Below, piece by piece: positions 25,400 through 39,534 of a stretch of 64,000 nt of DNA. The notes under the pieces are model-generated. The model had not been told where the DNA came from, made no database searches, and saw only the letters and a program-made list of their open reading frames with translations. A program made the position numbers and the translations under genes. Every line of letters starts with the position of its first letter. Position 1 is the first letter of the stretch. Origin of the DNA: the human T2T-CHM13v2.0 reference genome, Homo sapiens; the NCBI RefSeq assembly GCF_009914755.1, contig NC_060933.1, one strand, 5' to 3'.

Positions 25400-27239
25400 T
25401 CAAAGAAAAGCAGCCTCTTTGCATGTATTTTTCAGATACTGAAGAATATTCGCAAACCACAGCAATATTTTTAAAATTCTATTTGTTTCTGTATTCACTT
25501 CCCTCAGACACCATAGTTGTTCGCTCTCTAGAAGTTGTCACTAAATCTCTTCCAAATAAACCTTCTGAATTTCCTTCTCTAGGTCTACAATTCTTTTTGA
25601 TTGTGTAGCACGAAATCTTAAAGGAGTTTGGCAAGGAAAGATCTTCCTTTGTCGGGGAGTAAGGGGGAGGGAGGAAGTTTAGGGCAAAGCCAAGGACCCT
25701 TTTAGTAAGCAAGGGGAAGAGGACGGACCTCTATATGAACAATTGTTCCTCTGGCTCACCAAATTGAAAAACAAGTATAAGTAGGCCGTGGGCATCTACA
25801 AACTGAACATACATAAAGTTGTTTTCTATAAATGTTTCCCAGAGGAATAAGGCTGCACCCTTAATTTTAAGAAATTGGGCTAATAAAAGGAAAAGGCCAA
25901 TACACTTGACTACGCAATTTTAAAAAGCTTAAGAAGTTCTATATATAAACTAAGTGCAAAGGTGATCTGGGATTTTTATTTGGGCAAAATTTAAGAGAAC
26001 ACGTTATTGCATATACTTCTAAAAGAGGCGCAACTAACAGTGGGAAGACAAAAGGGAAAAAATAAAGCTTAACAAAGGAGATGCCATCTAGGTTGCCTTG
26101 AAGGATGAGTGTAACAGGTGTGTGTGTGTGTATGTAAAAAGATGAGCAGGACACAGTAACAGTGCTATCTCTTATAATTCCATTGAGTACATGTAAGTCT
26201 TTTGGACTCTGTATATAAACAGTATTACATCTGGGTGGATATGCTGTTGACCACTGAGAAGGGAAGAAAATCTTTATATCTTTATGGAGTATACTTCTGA
26301 GTGAAGGCTAACTCAATCATGGCAAGTCTCCTGATGTCATTTCATCAGGCACAAAAGATTAGTCTTTAAATAGTCTCCCAATTAAAATTCTGTTCCTTAA
26401 TAGACACAAATGCCAGTGCCTCCCTTACGTGGTGTTAGGCTTATGAGAATTTCCATTTCTGTTGTCTTTCCTCTTTGGAGTGTCCCTCTCTGACCCACCC
26501 CCTTGTGAGATATACTGGAGGATCAGCTCCATGGGGTCTTAGATGGGCTGAACATTCCATCCTCTATACATTTGCCACTCTTTGAAAACAAACTATTAAA
26601 ACATGTGCCAAGCTTGAGTCCATGTGCTAATCAGCATGAGATAAGGTGAACTATTTTCATCCTGGGAGACTTTTTCAAAACCATTTTCCTTCTTTCACTG
26701 CATTTTGACTATAAATCAAATGTTGAATGATTATCACTCCCTTCCTTATAAACTAAATTTTGCCTTCTTTATTTTTTTTGCTGCTATTAGCAAAACAGAT
26801 TGATTCATTAGAAGCTAGCTGCAGTCTCTTCAATTTCTCCATAGAATGCAGTTGCAGCAAAGGCAAATTACTAATAATTTATCTTGAACAATGAGGCTCA
26901 GTGTTTGACCGGGAAGCCTTCACTACTAAAAATAAGTCTGAATTTCAAAAACTGCTGAATTGGAAGGTTCCTAGCAATGGTCCAATGTAACTTCCTTCTC
27001 AACTTTAAGTGGTTGTTCAAAAAGACAGCTTGAAGTTTTTTTTTTTTTTTTTTTTGGACAGGGATTCACTACCTCACAAGACAGATGGCTCTTCATTATT
27101 AAAATCTTTTTTCTTTCCCCTCGAAAGGTTCATGGCAGTTTATCTGAATTATGAACCACGTCATAATAGAGATTTATAATAAATCCATTGTTCCAATACT
27201 AACTGAGCGCTATCAACTTCAAATACTGCTGCTGTTGGC

Positions 27240-27455
27240 TATAATACATTGAGTGTCTACTACCTAATAGCTGCTTTGCCTTGACTGTTTCTAAAATCTC
27301 AGACAACATTCAAAGGAAGCTTTATTATTCCTGTTTTACTGATAAGGAAACAGACTCAGATAATTTAACTGACTTTTCCCAAAACAGACTAATTAACAGA
27401 GCCAGTATTTTGAACCCAGGGGTGTCTGGCTCCAAAATTCACTTATTTTCCCACT
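27240..27455 (-). mobile_element. MIR
   Basis: tattattcctgttttactgataaggaaacagactcagataatttaactgacttttcccaa..tttgaacccagg..tgtctggctccaaa. Confidence 0.75.
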
Positions 27456-28524
27456 AAAAAATATACTCTGCTACTTTGATCTACTGCCTATTATATCAGG
27501 CACTGAGCTAGATGCTATAGAGGTAGAGGAATTGACCTATAGTATATATTCTACCCAGGAAGTTATCAATTTGGCAGGAAAGACAGTCACATATTGACAG
27601 TATCTATAGCAGAGAGGACTTCATCCAACTGTGTCTTGTCCTCTAGGTAGAATACCACAGCACTACTGTTAGCATTTCCTTTGTAAAACTGAAGGTCTAA
27701 AACTTTCCAAAAAAGCTACCACTATTGTTGACTGAAAAATGTTCCCTCAAAAGAGATCCAAGACCATCTTTGTGTCTGAATCTAGCATCTATTCTGTCTA
27801 TTGCACCTCATAAACTCTTTTCTCAGAGTTATGAGGTGGAAGAGGTCAGCACAGGTTCATACAATGTGGCAAGAATTCTGGACCAGGGTCCAGATCAACG
27901 TAACTTAGTTCACAAAAATTGTCAGAGAACAGTGCAGTAGATAGACTGGCTGTTGTCTTAATGTTCATACTGTACGGAGTGAGTGAGCTGCTTGGAACTC
28001 TTTACCTGTGTGCTTCTGTGTATAAAACCTGCTCTGAATTGTCCTTCCTTGAATAAAAATAATGCTAGGTATGTAGAATATAGAGGGGTGCTGGGTATGT
28101 GTGCGTGTGTAGTTAAGAGCTACTTAGAGGAAAATTGGCTGACATGGAAGGCTGATATAATTTAAGTCCAGCCCAACTGAGCATTCAGATGTTTTAAAGT
28201 CTCAGTTCTGACTTGAGATGTAAAATCCATCAACAAGAAAACGTAAATCACGGAAGAAAAATATGATTTATATATTTGATCTAATCAAATCACTTTATAT
28301 TTGGCAGAGATGTGAGCCCAGAGAATTATCAGTTCAGGACCACACATATTGTTAGCGACATATTATAATTTACATATATTTTCCTTTTCCATGACACCTT
28401 ACCCTACAACATACAAATTTATAGTTATAATTATTGTAACTCAAAAAGTTTATAAACTCCGTAGTACCTGGAATAATATTTTCAAAACCCATGAACTACT
28501 TTAGCATGATCTTTGCAGTGAGTC

Positions 28525-28760
28525 AATGAGGTGCAGTAGAAATAAAACAGGTGTTAGATTCAGACAGAGCTGGTTTTAAAGCTTAGCTCTGTGACTTCCT
28601 AAGCTGTATGGCTTTGGGCAAGTAACTGAACTTCTAGATTTTCAGTTTCATCATCTGTAAAATGGGGAGAATAAAATTTACCTACATACATACTTCTAAG
28701 GATTTAATCAAATACAGTGTATAAAGCACGAAGCTTAGTACAATTACAAATGTTAGTTCC
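28525..28760 (+). mobile_element. MIR
   Basis: agctgtatggctttgggcaagtaactgaactt..tcagtttcatcatctgtaaaatggggagaataa. Confidence 0.85.
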
Positions 28761-30199
28761 GATGAGTCAGGATCTACATATTATTTACTTCCTTTTCTTC
28801 CATTTGCTTTCAATTTAAAACTCTGGTTCATTTAAGAACAGACATGATTAGGACATGCTTCAGAGTAGAAAATTCACCCCATTAATGTTAATCTCCATGA
28901 CTATCACCCCTACAACTTGCTCCCTTTTGCTCTACCCTGAGGAAATCAATCAGCTCCATATTAATTGTCAACTTGTATAAAACAGCAAAATCTGACAAAT
29001 TTTGGAAAAAGATGAAAAAGTCACTGGTATATGCTGGGAGTTTGAGGATGAGCTATGTCTTTGACTGTCATATGAATATTTTTAATGGCATACTGTTTTG
29101 AGTTTTGTAGAGAAGCTATAGAAGAGGAAGTGTTATAACCAAAGTCCACCATCTTTCATCTTGAACCTCTTATTAGCATGTCTAGGATATGAAAGAAAGG
29201 TACAAATTCAAGAGGATATTTTTCCCTACTCTAATTCTCATCATGTGTCTTATGGAAAAATTCATATATTCAATCTATTTTTCAGTCTCCATTTCAGACT
29301 CCCACTATAATCAAGATAATGTACTTGCTTCATTCATGTTCTGCAATCAATATCATCTTATATTCTTTATTCTTCCCCTCTCCCCCATATATGTTATCTT
29401 TGCTTATTTTCTTCCTTCTTCCCTTTAACAAATGTTATTATACAAATAAGAGTTCTGATTAATATCGAGAGTGAAAGTTATTAATGAAACATTGCCACTT
29501 TGTCTCACTGCAGCTGAATTTGCCAGATACCTAGTTCAGTAGCACCGTGATGAGAAAAATCCCGTAAACATTTCTAAAGAAAACAGGTACACTTTAAGGG
29601 ACTAATGCAATGTGACTTGAGGATATTTCATGGTTTGAATAAAGACTGCCTAGATAGGATGCACAGGCAAATTGGGGCACCCTGCCTGGGCTAAGCCCCT
29701 GGTGTTAATGAGACACTCTGCAGGGCATCCTGGCTGCACCAACGAGACAGGTAGAAGATGTCAGTGTGTGCCTCCTGGGCATTTGAAGCTAGCACTAATT
29801 TTCAAATTTCCGTCCTGCCTGGCAGGGGAAACACTTCCTCAGACACATGATAAAACTGCAGTAAGAAGTGGAATAACAAGGCTCTGGCAAGGCCTGTTTC
29901 AGCCAGCCATTGTGTTCACTAGCTGTGTTGACTGCATGCCCTCAACACTCACACATGAATAACTCAAGTGAACTGACTACCTCTCTTTACTGTACACATT
30001 GAGGAAGATTTTTCATCTGACAAGTGTAGTATGTAGAAGGAGAGTATGGCAGTCTCTGCAGTGGTTGAAGGTGAGGGGTTGAGAGACTGGAAACAAATTA
30101 CGTAAATGCATGTTTGCTTAATATTAGAAAAACAACACTCCCTTGATCAGAACTCAAAGCATAAGGAATGCTGTTCTAGTTATTACCCCATTTTTGAGA

Positions 30200-30600
30200 A
30201 CTTTTCTTTATGGAAAGTTTCAAACATATACAAAACTATGAAAGAATTAACCCTCATGTACCCATCACCCAGTTTCAACAATGATCAAATTTTGCTCAAT
30301 GATCAATTTTGTTTCATCTACCACCTTTCTTGTCCCCACCCAATCCTCCACCTCACATTACATGGAAACAATCCTGGCATGACTAATTTCATCTACAATG
30401 ATTTTGCATATATATCTCCAGGAGCTATTTAAAAGCCTGATAGCTACAAAACAAACAATAATTCCCTATAATCAAGTATCCGTTTAGTCAATGTTCAATT
30501 TCCCTGACATTTTTACATTGTGTTTGAATCAAGATCAAAATAAGATTGTTCTATTGCAGTTGGTTGATGTATATGTTAGTACTATTTTTAATCTATGTGT
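30200..30600 (-). mobile_element. L1MC-type 3' end
   Basis: tttatggaaagtttcaaacatatacaaaa..ccctcatgtacccatcacccagtttcaacaatgatcaa..tttgaatcaagatcaaaataag. Confidence 0.7.
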
Positions 30601-32289
30601 TTTCCCCATTTGGTTTGGAGTATTCTTCGAATGTGAAGCTCCATGCCTTTGTACTAGCAGTTTTAGATCTGTCTTTAAAACTTCAGGCAAGTTAAATGTC
30701 TACGTATGGAGGAATGCTTGAATCAACTACACTATGTGTGTTTGCTTAAATCTTGGGCATGATGCAGTTGAAAGAATGGCCTTTGTGAAATAAGTTATTT
30801 TTGAACCTGAATGTATCATTTGTAAAATGGGAGTAATGATACCACCTCAAGGATTAAGTACATTCATCTCCCATTATGGTGCTAAGTATATAACACCAGA
30901 GCATAAATGGGTATTTTAAATGGTATACATGTTAAAATTATATCAAATTTTTTAATGAACGTATTTCCCCATTAAATCATGTTAGATTTCAACTAAGTCT
31001 TTTTCTTCAGGGAAGGAGACAGTGGGGGCTGCCCCATGCATCATGGATCAGCTGTAAGTCTCAAAACAGACTTTCCTAAGAACATAGACAACCCGAAAGC
31101 CAGGTTTCTGGAGCAACAGCATGGGTTGCTAATTTTAAAGTCCCTCCTTTCTCATATGAAGAGATAGGCCTTATAACAATATTTTTTGTTTGGTTTGATT
31201 TTTTTTTAGGTTGACAGAAAAAACACAGGATAAAGTATGGTATGGTAGTTCTAAGTCAAGCAAGAAGAGGAAACCATGCTATCAATGCTGGTGCAGGGGA
31301 GAATCCAAACGAGCAGAGAGATGTGAACAAAAAGTCCAAACTGGAAGGGAAAAGAGTTAGGGCAAGCAGGTGGGAAGCATGTGTCTTGGCTTCTCTCAGG
31401 CATATGTTATAAGGAATCAGAGACTTTTCCGTAGGTTGAAGAGAAAGCTGAAAGTGCAGGGGTGGTTTCCCTTTCTGTACTTAGAAAATTTCACCTTTAA
31501 CTCAGGGCCAAATCCAAAGTAATATAGGAGCGATGGTGTAAAACTGATAAAGATGGTTAGACAGACGAGCAGAAAACAGTTTTCCTGACTCCCATGTGCA
31601 TTTCGTAATCCCAGTGTGCCAGTGGGCCCAGGGGAGCGAGTGTGGGGGCTCTGAGAAAGCCAGTGAACCAGTAGAAGTCAGGCAATATAATAGAAGAGGA
31701 AAAAATTGAGACTTTTTCCCCCCCATCCTTATGATCCCACATAAGCCATTTTCCGGTCCATTCCCACCACTACCCCTCCAAAAAAAACCCACACACACAC
31801 AAACTACAGATTGTCTTGTAAAGAAACAGATGGAAAACAAATCTAAAACACTGAGCCTGTAAAATACGCTCAGTCACCCAAGGGACTATTTTTAACCTCA
31901 CCCTGACAGAGGGAGAGTTAAACTTTGAGTATTTTATAGACAGACTGCTTAAACTGGAAGAAATTAAGCTATTATGAATTGTCAAGTTTTCCGAATTACC
32001 TAATAAGAATCAAGTTAGCTCTAGCAACTTATAAAGCTATATTCTCTTTGCATATCTGAATGTTGTGTAATTTGACTCTAATGCACAATGATACAGGGGA
32101 AAAGTAGAACTCAGAATTTTAAAAGTGATTATAAACATGTAAAATGAAGTATGAGAGAAAAGATTGAGAATTATTGTTCTAAAATGTAAATAGTTTGTGT
32201 TTGATTATGGGAGCCTAGAGGATTTTCTTCTTACTCTTGTCATTTAATACTTACAGATATTTTTAAACTTGGAATATTGACCAAATTAA

Positions 32290-32430
32290 ACACATTACAA
32301 TTAATAAGCAATGATTGAACACTAATTTTCACAGGTACTATGCTAAGCACTATGGAAGATAAAGGTGGATGAGACATGGCCCCAAAGCCAAATGAACTTA
32401 CAGCGTGGAGAGACATATGGGTAAGCGGCA
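32290..32430 (-). mobile_element. L2 3' fragment
   Basis: aataagcaatgattgaacacta..caggtactatgctaagcactatgga..gagacatggcccc. Confidence 0.55.
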
Positions 32431-32911
32431 AGGGAATTCAACACTGATTATCTCCTAGCTATGAGAAACTACAATGTTCTTCCCATCTACTACAACCCAC
32501 CTCCTGAGGATTTCAATTCAGTTTGATGATGATGAAAAGCAAAGAGTTAAACTATGATAACTCAGGTTTCTCTTCATTTCCTCATGTGTCCCTTTGGCAA
32601 AAAGTTTAGACCTATAATGAGGATGATCCATGCCTCCACTAGTGGACATAGCTTGGTATGATGTGAGGCATCCATCCGTTTTTGGGATACCTGAAGTTCA
32701 GCTAAATGTTATTTCATAGTTCACATTATGAAGCCATTTATTGGCTAAAACCACTTTTTAAATGAGATCCTTTTGCTATTTCAATAGCTAACTTCCCTTA
32801 GATGCAGTATACGATTGATATTGTATTGAATGCTATAAAAGCATACTGTGTGACAAGAAGAAGAGTTTAACAGTTTAACTCTGTACAGGACCATTAAGAA
32901 TTCATCTAGGT

Positions 32912-33090
32912 TAGAAGTTCTCCAGTCTTAGCCTGTATCAGAAGCATTTGCATGACTTGTTAAGATTCAGACTGGTGGACCCCACCCTCACTTTCCGATT
33001 CAGTAGTCCGGAATGGGGTCCACCAATTTGCATTTCTAACTGTGGTTTTTGGTGGACGCTACTGGTCCTGGACTTGCACTTTAAGAACCT
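32912..33090 (-). mobile_element. MER5A
   Basis: gaccccaccctca..tttccgattcagtagtccggaatgggg..aatttgcatttctaac..ctggtcctggac..cactttaagaacc. Confidence 0.8.
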
Positions 33091-33519
33091 ATAATTTAAG
33101 CCAACTTCCTTTGCAGTTTAGGTATACTTTTGTAACTTTTTCCTCTGCTTAAACACTTCAGAAGGTGAAACACTAAATTGCAAAGTCAGTTTTACTGTTG
33201 GACTGGCTAATTCTTAAAGATTTTACTGTCTCCTTGAAATTTCTGTTCATTATATTTTCCCTCCTGCTCATAGTAGCTCTTAAAATGTCTTATTTTAACC
33301 ACACCTAAAGTTCCCACCTCTCAACCATTTATTCCACATATCTCCTCTTTATCTACCACGATATTGTCCCCTGATGCAACTCTGTTATATAAGCTACTCA
33401 AAGTATGTGGCCAAGAACACAACATTGTTGATGTTGATCCACTGGGACTATCACCTTCCATAAACTGACGTGTATCTATTAACACAGGATTTTGCTGGAT
33501 TTCACTACTTTAAAGAAAT

Positions 33520-33937
33520 TGTTGTGGAAACGCGTTCTGGGTATGTGATTTGAGAAGTTGTAGCACAGTGAGATGGGAGAAAGCATCCTGGCTGCAAGAT
33601 AAATGCTGCTGCTGGGAATAGGCCTCCCCTAGCAGCCCCTAAGTAATGCTTAGCAGATTGTAGGGAACCCAAACAATCCCCATAAGCAGACAGTAAATAG
33701 ATTAAGAGAGCAATCAGTGGCTTAACATGTGGTCAGTGACTCCACTATGAAGGCTAGACAGGTAGGTATTGCAAGGGTGGAGATGTACTTCGTCTTTCGG
33801 CCACTTTGTATGTAAGTTTCCCCTACATAACAAATCTTTGGCTACCCACCAACCTGTAGTGATCTGACTCTTTGGTCGGAGCTTGCCCTCCTTTTATGGA
33901 GGATGATTGTAGGTTCTGGCAGGGAGTTCTCCCAGCA
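33520..33937 (+). mobile_element. Solo LTR, ERVL-like (subfamily not assigned)
   Basis: TG...CA termini with inverted similarity (tgttgtggaaa ... ttctcccagca); 5-bp TSD gaaat/gcaat (33515-19, 33938-42); U5-like ctttgtatgtaagtttcccc..aaatctttggct. Confidence 0.7.
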
Positions 33938-34109
33938 GCAATCATGTCACTTCATTGGGTCATACTGTATGAAAGATCTACTAAACAACTGAGTTTTTTC
34001 ATATTCAAACAGATAGTGGCCTTCCACTTCTTTTCCAGTTGAAATATTAACTATAGCACAGTAACTTTTTATTCAACATTTTCATAGTTCTTAATTCCAG
34101 TTTAATAAA

Positions 34110-34360
34110 TACAGGACGGCAGTTAAGAGCATGGCCTTCAAAGACAGTTCTGGGTGCAAATCATAGCTCTACTATTTAACAACCATGTGGCCCTAGACAG
34201 CTTACATGATCAATCTACACCTCAGCTTCCTCGGGAGAGTTATGGTGATAGTAACGGTAGCTACCTTGTGGGAGGTCTTCTATGAATAACCTGAGATAAC
34301 ATAATTAGCACAATGTCGGGTGCATATTACATGCTTAGTAAATGTTAGCTGTCATTTTAT
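34110..34360 (+). mobile_element. MIR
   Basis: gttaagagcatggcc..ctgggtgcaaatcatagctctacta..cctcagcttcctc..ttagcacaatgtc..gcttagtaaatgttagct. Confidence 0.8.
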
Positions 34361-34374
34361 TAAAAGCAATAGAA

Positions 34375-35620
34375 CACTTAAAATTATACTGAACAAGAAA
34401 AGAGCAAAGTTTTTTTTTACAGAAACCTATAAATCTTCAGAAGAATAAAGGTAGGTATAATTTTTGCCAGAATGGGACTAAAAATTACTTATCTGTTCAC
34501 CCCAGGGAAATTTACAGATTTAGTGCAACTTCAAAGTAGCAATGTGATTTTTTAGAATCAACGTAATTTCCACAAAAAATATGAAAAGTGTGACTGTAAT
34601 AGAAAATAAAAAGAAAAAATCTAATCACATTAGACATTAAACTTACAAAGAAGTTTTAGAACTTAAAACTGCATGTACTGGCAGAAACACAAAGCCACCT
34701 CAGTGAGAAGGGGTAGGAAAATTAGAAATAAATCCAAAACAAATCAGCTTTCCAAAAAAGGGGTAAGACATTTAATAAGGATTAAAATATAACAATTTAG
34801 GAAACAAGTGTTAGAGGCATGCCTTACACAATGTAATAATCCACAGAAGAAACTCGGGAAACACATTGCCCCAACTAAATCTATAAATACAGAAAGCCTC
34901 TACTAAGTGAAAACATTGTAATTAAATTTTTTGTATAACAATAACTAAAATTCAGAAGGAAATCTCAAAGTGAAAAAGCTGGGTAAGCCAATGACATGAA
35001 CATCAAAATTACATAAATATTAATAAACAAATACCGAGGAAACACTATCCCAAATGGAACCTGAAGATACCTTTAGTCACCTATTAAAAAAGCAAATGGA
35101 TTAAGAAATATTGTATTCATTGCCAGTGAAAGTAAGGAATCCATTTATTTATTTATAGTGATCTTATAAATTGGCATACCTCTTTTGGACAGTAATTAAG
35201 CATAATAATTTATAGACTGATTCGGTAATTTTATTCTCTAGAATTTCTAATTATTCAACAAACAATATATGCACAGAACACTTATCTACGATGCCAAAAG
35301 GCTGAAAATAGCATAAATGTCCAAGATTAAAGGAAAAGATTTAATAAATTCAACCTAGAAAAATATGTAATCATTAAAATGATAATTATGAAGGATATAT
35401 AGAAATGTTAAAAGTACCACAATCGATGAAAATAGCAACATATGTATGTAACTATATATATATGTAGTTTGTGTTTGTGTTTATGCCAACATATATAGTT
35501 ATGTTTATGCACATAGAACAAATTCTATCCCGAGTGTAACAAAGCAAATGCATGTATGTGAAATATAAAAGGCAAAAAGTACTAATAGCAGTATTAGAAT
35601 TATGATTAATTTTTAAATCA
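34375..35620 (+). mobile_element. Highly diverged L1ME ORF2/3'UTR remnants
   Basis: A-rich strand bias with L1 motifs (ttataaattggcatacctcttttggacagtaatt; ctgaaaatagcataaatgtcca). Confidence 0.5.
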
Positions 35621-35814
35621 TTTAAGCATTCTTTGAAGTTTTCTTTCCAGTATAAATTAAAATTAACTTTGAATTCCTCTTCTGTAACAGAGTAATGTGT
35701 TTGCACATCACTAAGTGTATGCAATGCCTTCATGTCTTCATGCCTTTATCCTAGTCAGCAATGCATCATGGGACAACATCAAGAGCTCTGTGGCCCATAG
35801 TCATCCCTTGTACT

Positions 35815-36950
35815 CACCCAGCATGTGTTTACTGAGCCGATATTCTGGCTGTCTTTTGTATATACAAGAATAACCCAATATATCTCAGCCCTGTTGGTCT
35901 AGTGGAGGTAGACATGTCAATGATCATTAAGTTACAACATAGTACGTACAGTACTAGGGTTAGGCTATTTTAGAACCCCCAAGGTGGTATCAAATTCAAC
36001 ATAGCAGGTAATAAAACATATTAGATCTTATTTCTACGGGATGGGTAGAGTTAGCGAGGCAAAAAGGATAAGTGGCTGGAGGAAAGACATTGCATATAGG
36101 GACTAGGCATGAAGGTAGGAAATAGCATGGTGAGTAAGAAATATGTTTGCAGTATGGAAGGGCAAGGGCTTCAGGTTCATGTTTAAGTCTAGATTTTACC
36201 GCTTATTAGCTTATTATTCAAATCTTATCTAAAAATGCAAATAATTCCATTTATGTCACAAATTGATATAAGGATGAAATGAGACCAAATGTGTAAAGGA
36301 GGCATTATAATGCCTGATGCGGCAGGTCTAACAGGTCTATTTCAAGGGCTTTGACATTACTGGAACCAAGTACAAGGTGGGATGAGGTAGGAGGTAGGAG
36401 ACAATGAGATCATGGAGAACTTCTTCATCAAGGCTAAAGCGGTTGGACTCCATTCCATAAGTCACTGAAGCCTCTGAAGATTTTTAAATCAAGAGAGCAA
36501 CATGATCAGGGTTGTTTTTCAGATGGATCACTAAAAACTGTCTTGAAGCTGGATTTGATGGGGCCAAGCCTGGCAGCAAGGTCAGTTTGTGGGCTGTTTT
36601 AATAGTTCTGGAGACAGTGAAGGCTGAAGCAGGAATGGAAATGAGGAAATGGTTGGAGAAATATTCATCAGGTAAAAAGGTAGGGCTTTGTGATTAGATT
36701 GAGATGGAAGGAGAGAAGAGTGAGGGGTCAAGTATAACTAGCTCTCTAGTGTGGGTGGCTGAGTGAAGCAACTAAAATTCTGAATAAAAAGGAGGAACAA
36801 ATTGAGGGAAGGCAATGAGTTATTGGTACCATGTGCCTGGCAGTATACTCAGTTCTGAGGTTACAAAAATGAGTAAGACATACTTCCTGTCTGTAAGGAA
36901 CTCACATGCTGGTAGGGAAGACAACCAAAGAAATAAAATACACTTTGGTT
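35815..36950 (-). mobile_element. L2 fragments, with a MIR remnant at ~36170-36320
   Basis: ggctaaagcggttggactccattcca..cactgaagcctctgaagatttttaa..gagcaacatgatcagggttgtttttcagatggatcact. Confidence 0.7.
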
Positions 36951-36974
36951 AAAGCCCCATATCTGGAGTCTTGA

Positions 36975-37540
36975 CAGCAAAATATTTAATATCTAATCAT
37001 AAGGAAATCAGATAAATCCTAAGTAAGGGATATTCTGCAAGACAATCTAAAAACTCTTCAAAAGCTATTAATGTCATTCAAGAAAAACCACTGGGAAACA
37101 GTTCAATGTTAAAATACTACAAGAGTAACGGCAATCAAATGTAATGTGTGATCACTGATAGGGTTCTAATCCCCTCCATACTCCAGAATAACAGTTAAAA
37201 GAACATTACTATGCTAATTAGAAACAATTGCATATGAACCGAAATACCACCCTTCATAACACTGTTAAATGTCTTAGGTGTACCATTGCTTCGTGGTTAT
37301 GTAGAAGAGCCCAGGCATTCCACTGTAAGTGCTAAACACCTAAAGAGTTGGGGTAGCATGCCATGATGTCTACAACTTAAAATATTTATGTAATTCATAC
37401 ATGTTGATATAATGCATTCACATAGAGGAATAACATGTGTAAGTGGGGCAAATGTTCAATTTGGTGATTTTATATAAGTTGAAAGAGTAATAAATACCAT
37501 TAATCTACAGATGAGTTTTTTCAAAATATTGAAAACACAC
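36975..37540 (+). mobile_element. L1MC-type 3'UTR
   Basis: atctaatcataaggaaatcagataaatcctaagtaagggatattctgcaaga..aaactcttcaaaa..caatcaaatgtaatgtgtgatc. Confidence 0.7.
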
Positions 37541-39534
37541 TGTAGTACATGTTATGACAGTGGTGGGCTCAACATACTCATCAGTAAGAAGTATAGATGA
37601 AATACAAGGATGGTTGAAACAAAGTTCTGTTTTTAGCTAACCTCTTTCTCAGTTCCAGCTTTTAGCTAACTCCTTTCTCCAAGGTCGTCTTCTCCTGCTT
37701 TCCTTTTCCTACACAGGATGCTATGTGAAAACCATTTCAGAAGAGTTCTGGCTGTGGTGGTTAGTTGAGGCACATTCCAATCACAGATGCAGTTGAGGTC
37801 ATGACTACAACACCATCAGCTAGTATAGTTTTCTCCAAAGTGAAGACTGAAAACTATCAGAAAGAATATAGCTAGATACAGTATTGGGTCAAGTTCATAA
37901 AACATATGACAAATCCCTCCGTCTCTGCAGAAAAGTTTCTTTCCAAAAATTTAACAGCATTTTACATTCTTAACTTTTGTCTACTAAATAGACTTCTCAT
38001 TTGTCCACTGATTCTGGAAACAATTCTAACAACTTTCATTTATTGACTACTTCTATGCACCAAGTGTATGCACATCAAATGCTGGTATTTTGCATATATT
38101 TATCCAAAAAATTTATGAAGTGAATACCTTGCACTGGAGACACAGCAGGGAACAGATAAATTCCTACCTCTTAGAGGTGATTTCATCCTAATGATCTCAA
38201 ATTTCACTTACGATCTCATTCAATCTTCACAATAACCTAAAAGGGAGATTTCATGAGATTTCAAACCCTGCCTAGGATTAAGCTAGATTCCAACCACAGT
38301 CATTCAAGTTCCACAGCACATAGTTTTGTTCTATTTTACTGCTTCTTTCCAATAACTCAGCATCACTGGAATTTCAGGAATTTGTAAGTTGATATAAACA
38401 GATTTCATCAAGAATAGAAGGAACACCTCTCAAAATCCAAATTAAAAAAACAGGATACAGTCTGTCCAAGAATATGCAAGACAGCCAGGGACACAGCACA
38501 GTAGTGTTAGAGTTTCTTATACCTAACAATAAAAAACACAGAATATTCAAAATCATAATTGCCCTGGGCACTGTAAGCATTGCCTCAAATTCCAACTGTC
38601 CTAGATCTCTCATTATACAGTTGGGGCTGTCTCTTGCACTATGCTCTCTGCGTTCTTATCACTTTGATATGCTAAGGAGCTTTGAATTTAGCAGAGGGTA
38701 AACTGGGCCCAGTAAGTGGTTTCAGATTTAAATTTTAATTCGTTAAAGAAGCACATAGTTCCTCTGTAGTGAATTCAACAAAATTATGGATTCTCAAAAG
38801 AAAACCAAAATATTCCTATGGCAACTTGATCTTTGACAAAGTAGGGAAGTGTTGTAAGTTTGAGAGTCACTTCATGAAAACTAGCCGTGAGAATGGCAAT
38901 TTAAAGTGCTAACACAGCAATTACAAGTAATGACTAGTTTATTAGGCTATTATTTGAACATTATTTCTGCTTTAACACGAAGCACATTGCTCACACCTTG
39001 TGGTTAGTAGCCACTGTGGGGAATTTGGGGGGTTCCAAGAAGCTAGAGAGCACATTTCTGGGACTTCTGGTTTTCACTATTGGGAACATCATTTCCCAGA
39101 GGTATACCAGGCCATTTGCTCAAGCACCATCTGCCAGAGATGACACTGCACAGCCCAAGCCAGTCCTTTACCTGGAAGCAGCAGAAACACCTGGTTTCAT
39201 GGTACGCATCTCTCATATAAACTTATGTCATGGGTCCTCAAAGATGAAACCAGCAAATCCTAAGAACCTGTGCTGTTCATTCCTAAGCTTTCTGGCAGTT
39301 AGGGTCTCCAAACTACAAATTGGAGCCCAAGAAAGTAAAAGAATTTTCTTAAGGAATCAGATCTAGTAAGTGGGAGAGAAGAGACATCTTAGTTCTCAAG
39401 TACATGACATTTGGCATCAAAGGGTTTTCTTACAAGGGAAGTAATCATTTGGATATTTTATGTGACAGTAATTTGGACTTGCAATATCTAGATAATTGCT
39501 ACTGTACTCCACATCTATGTGTACAAGTAAAAAT

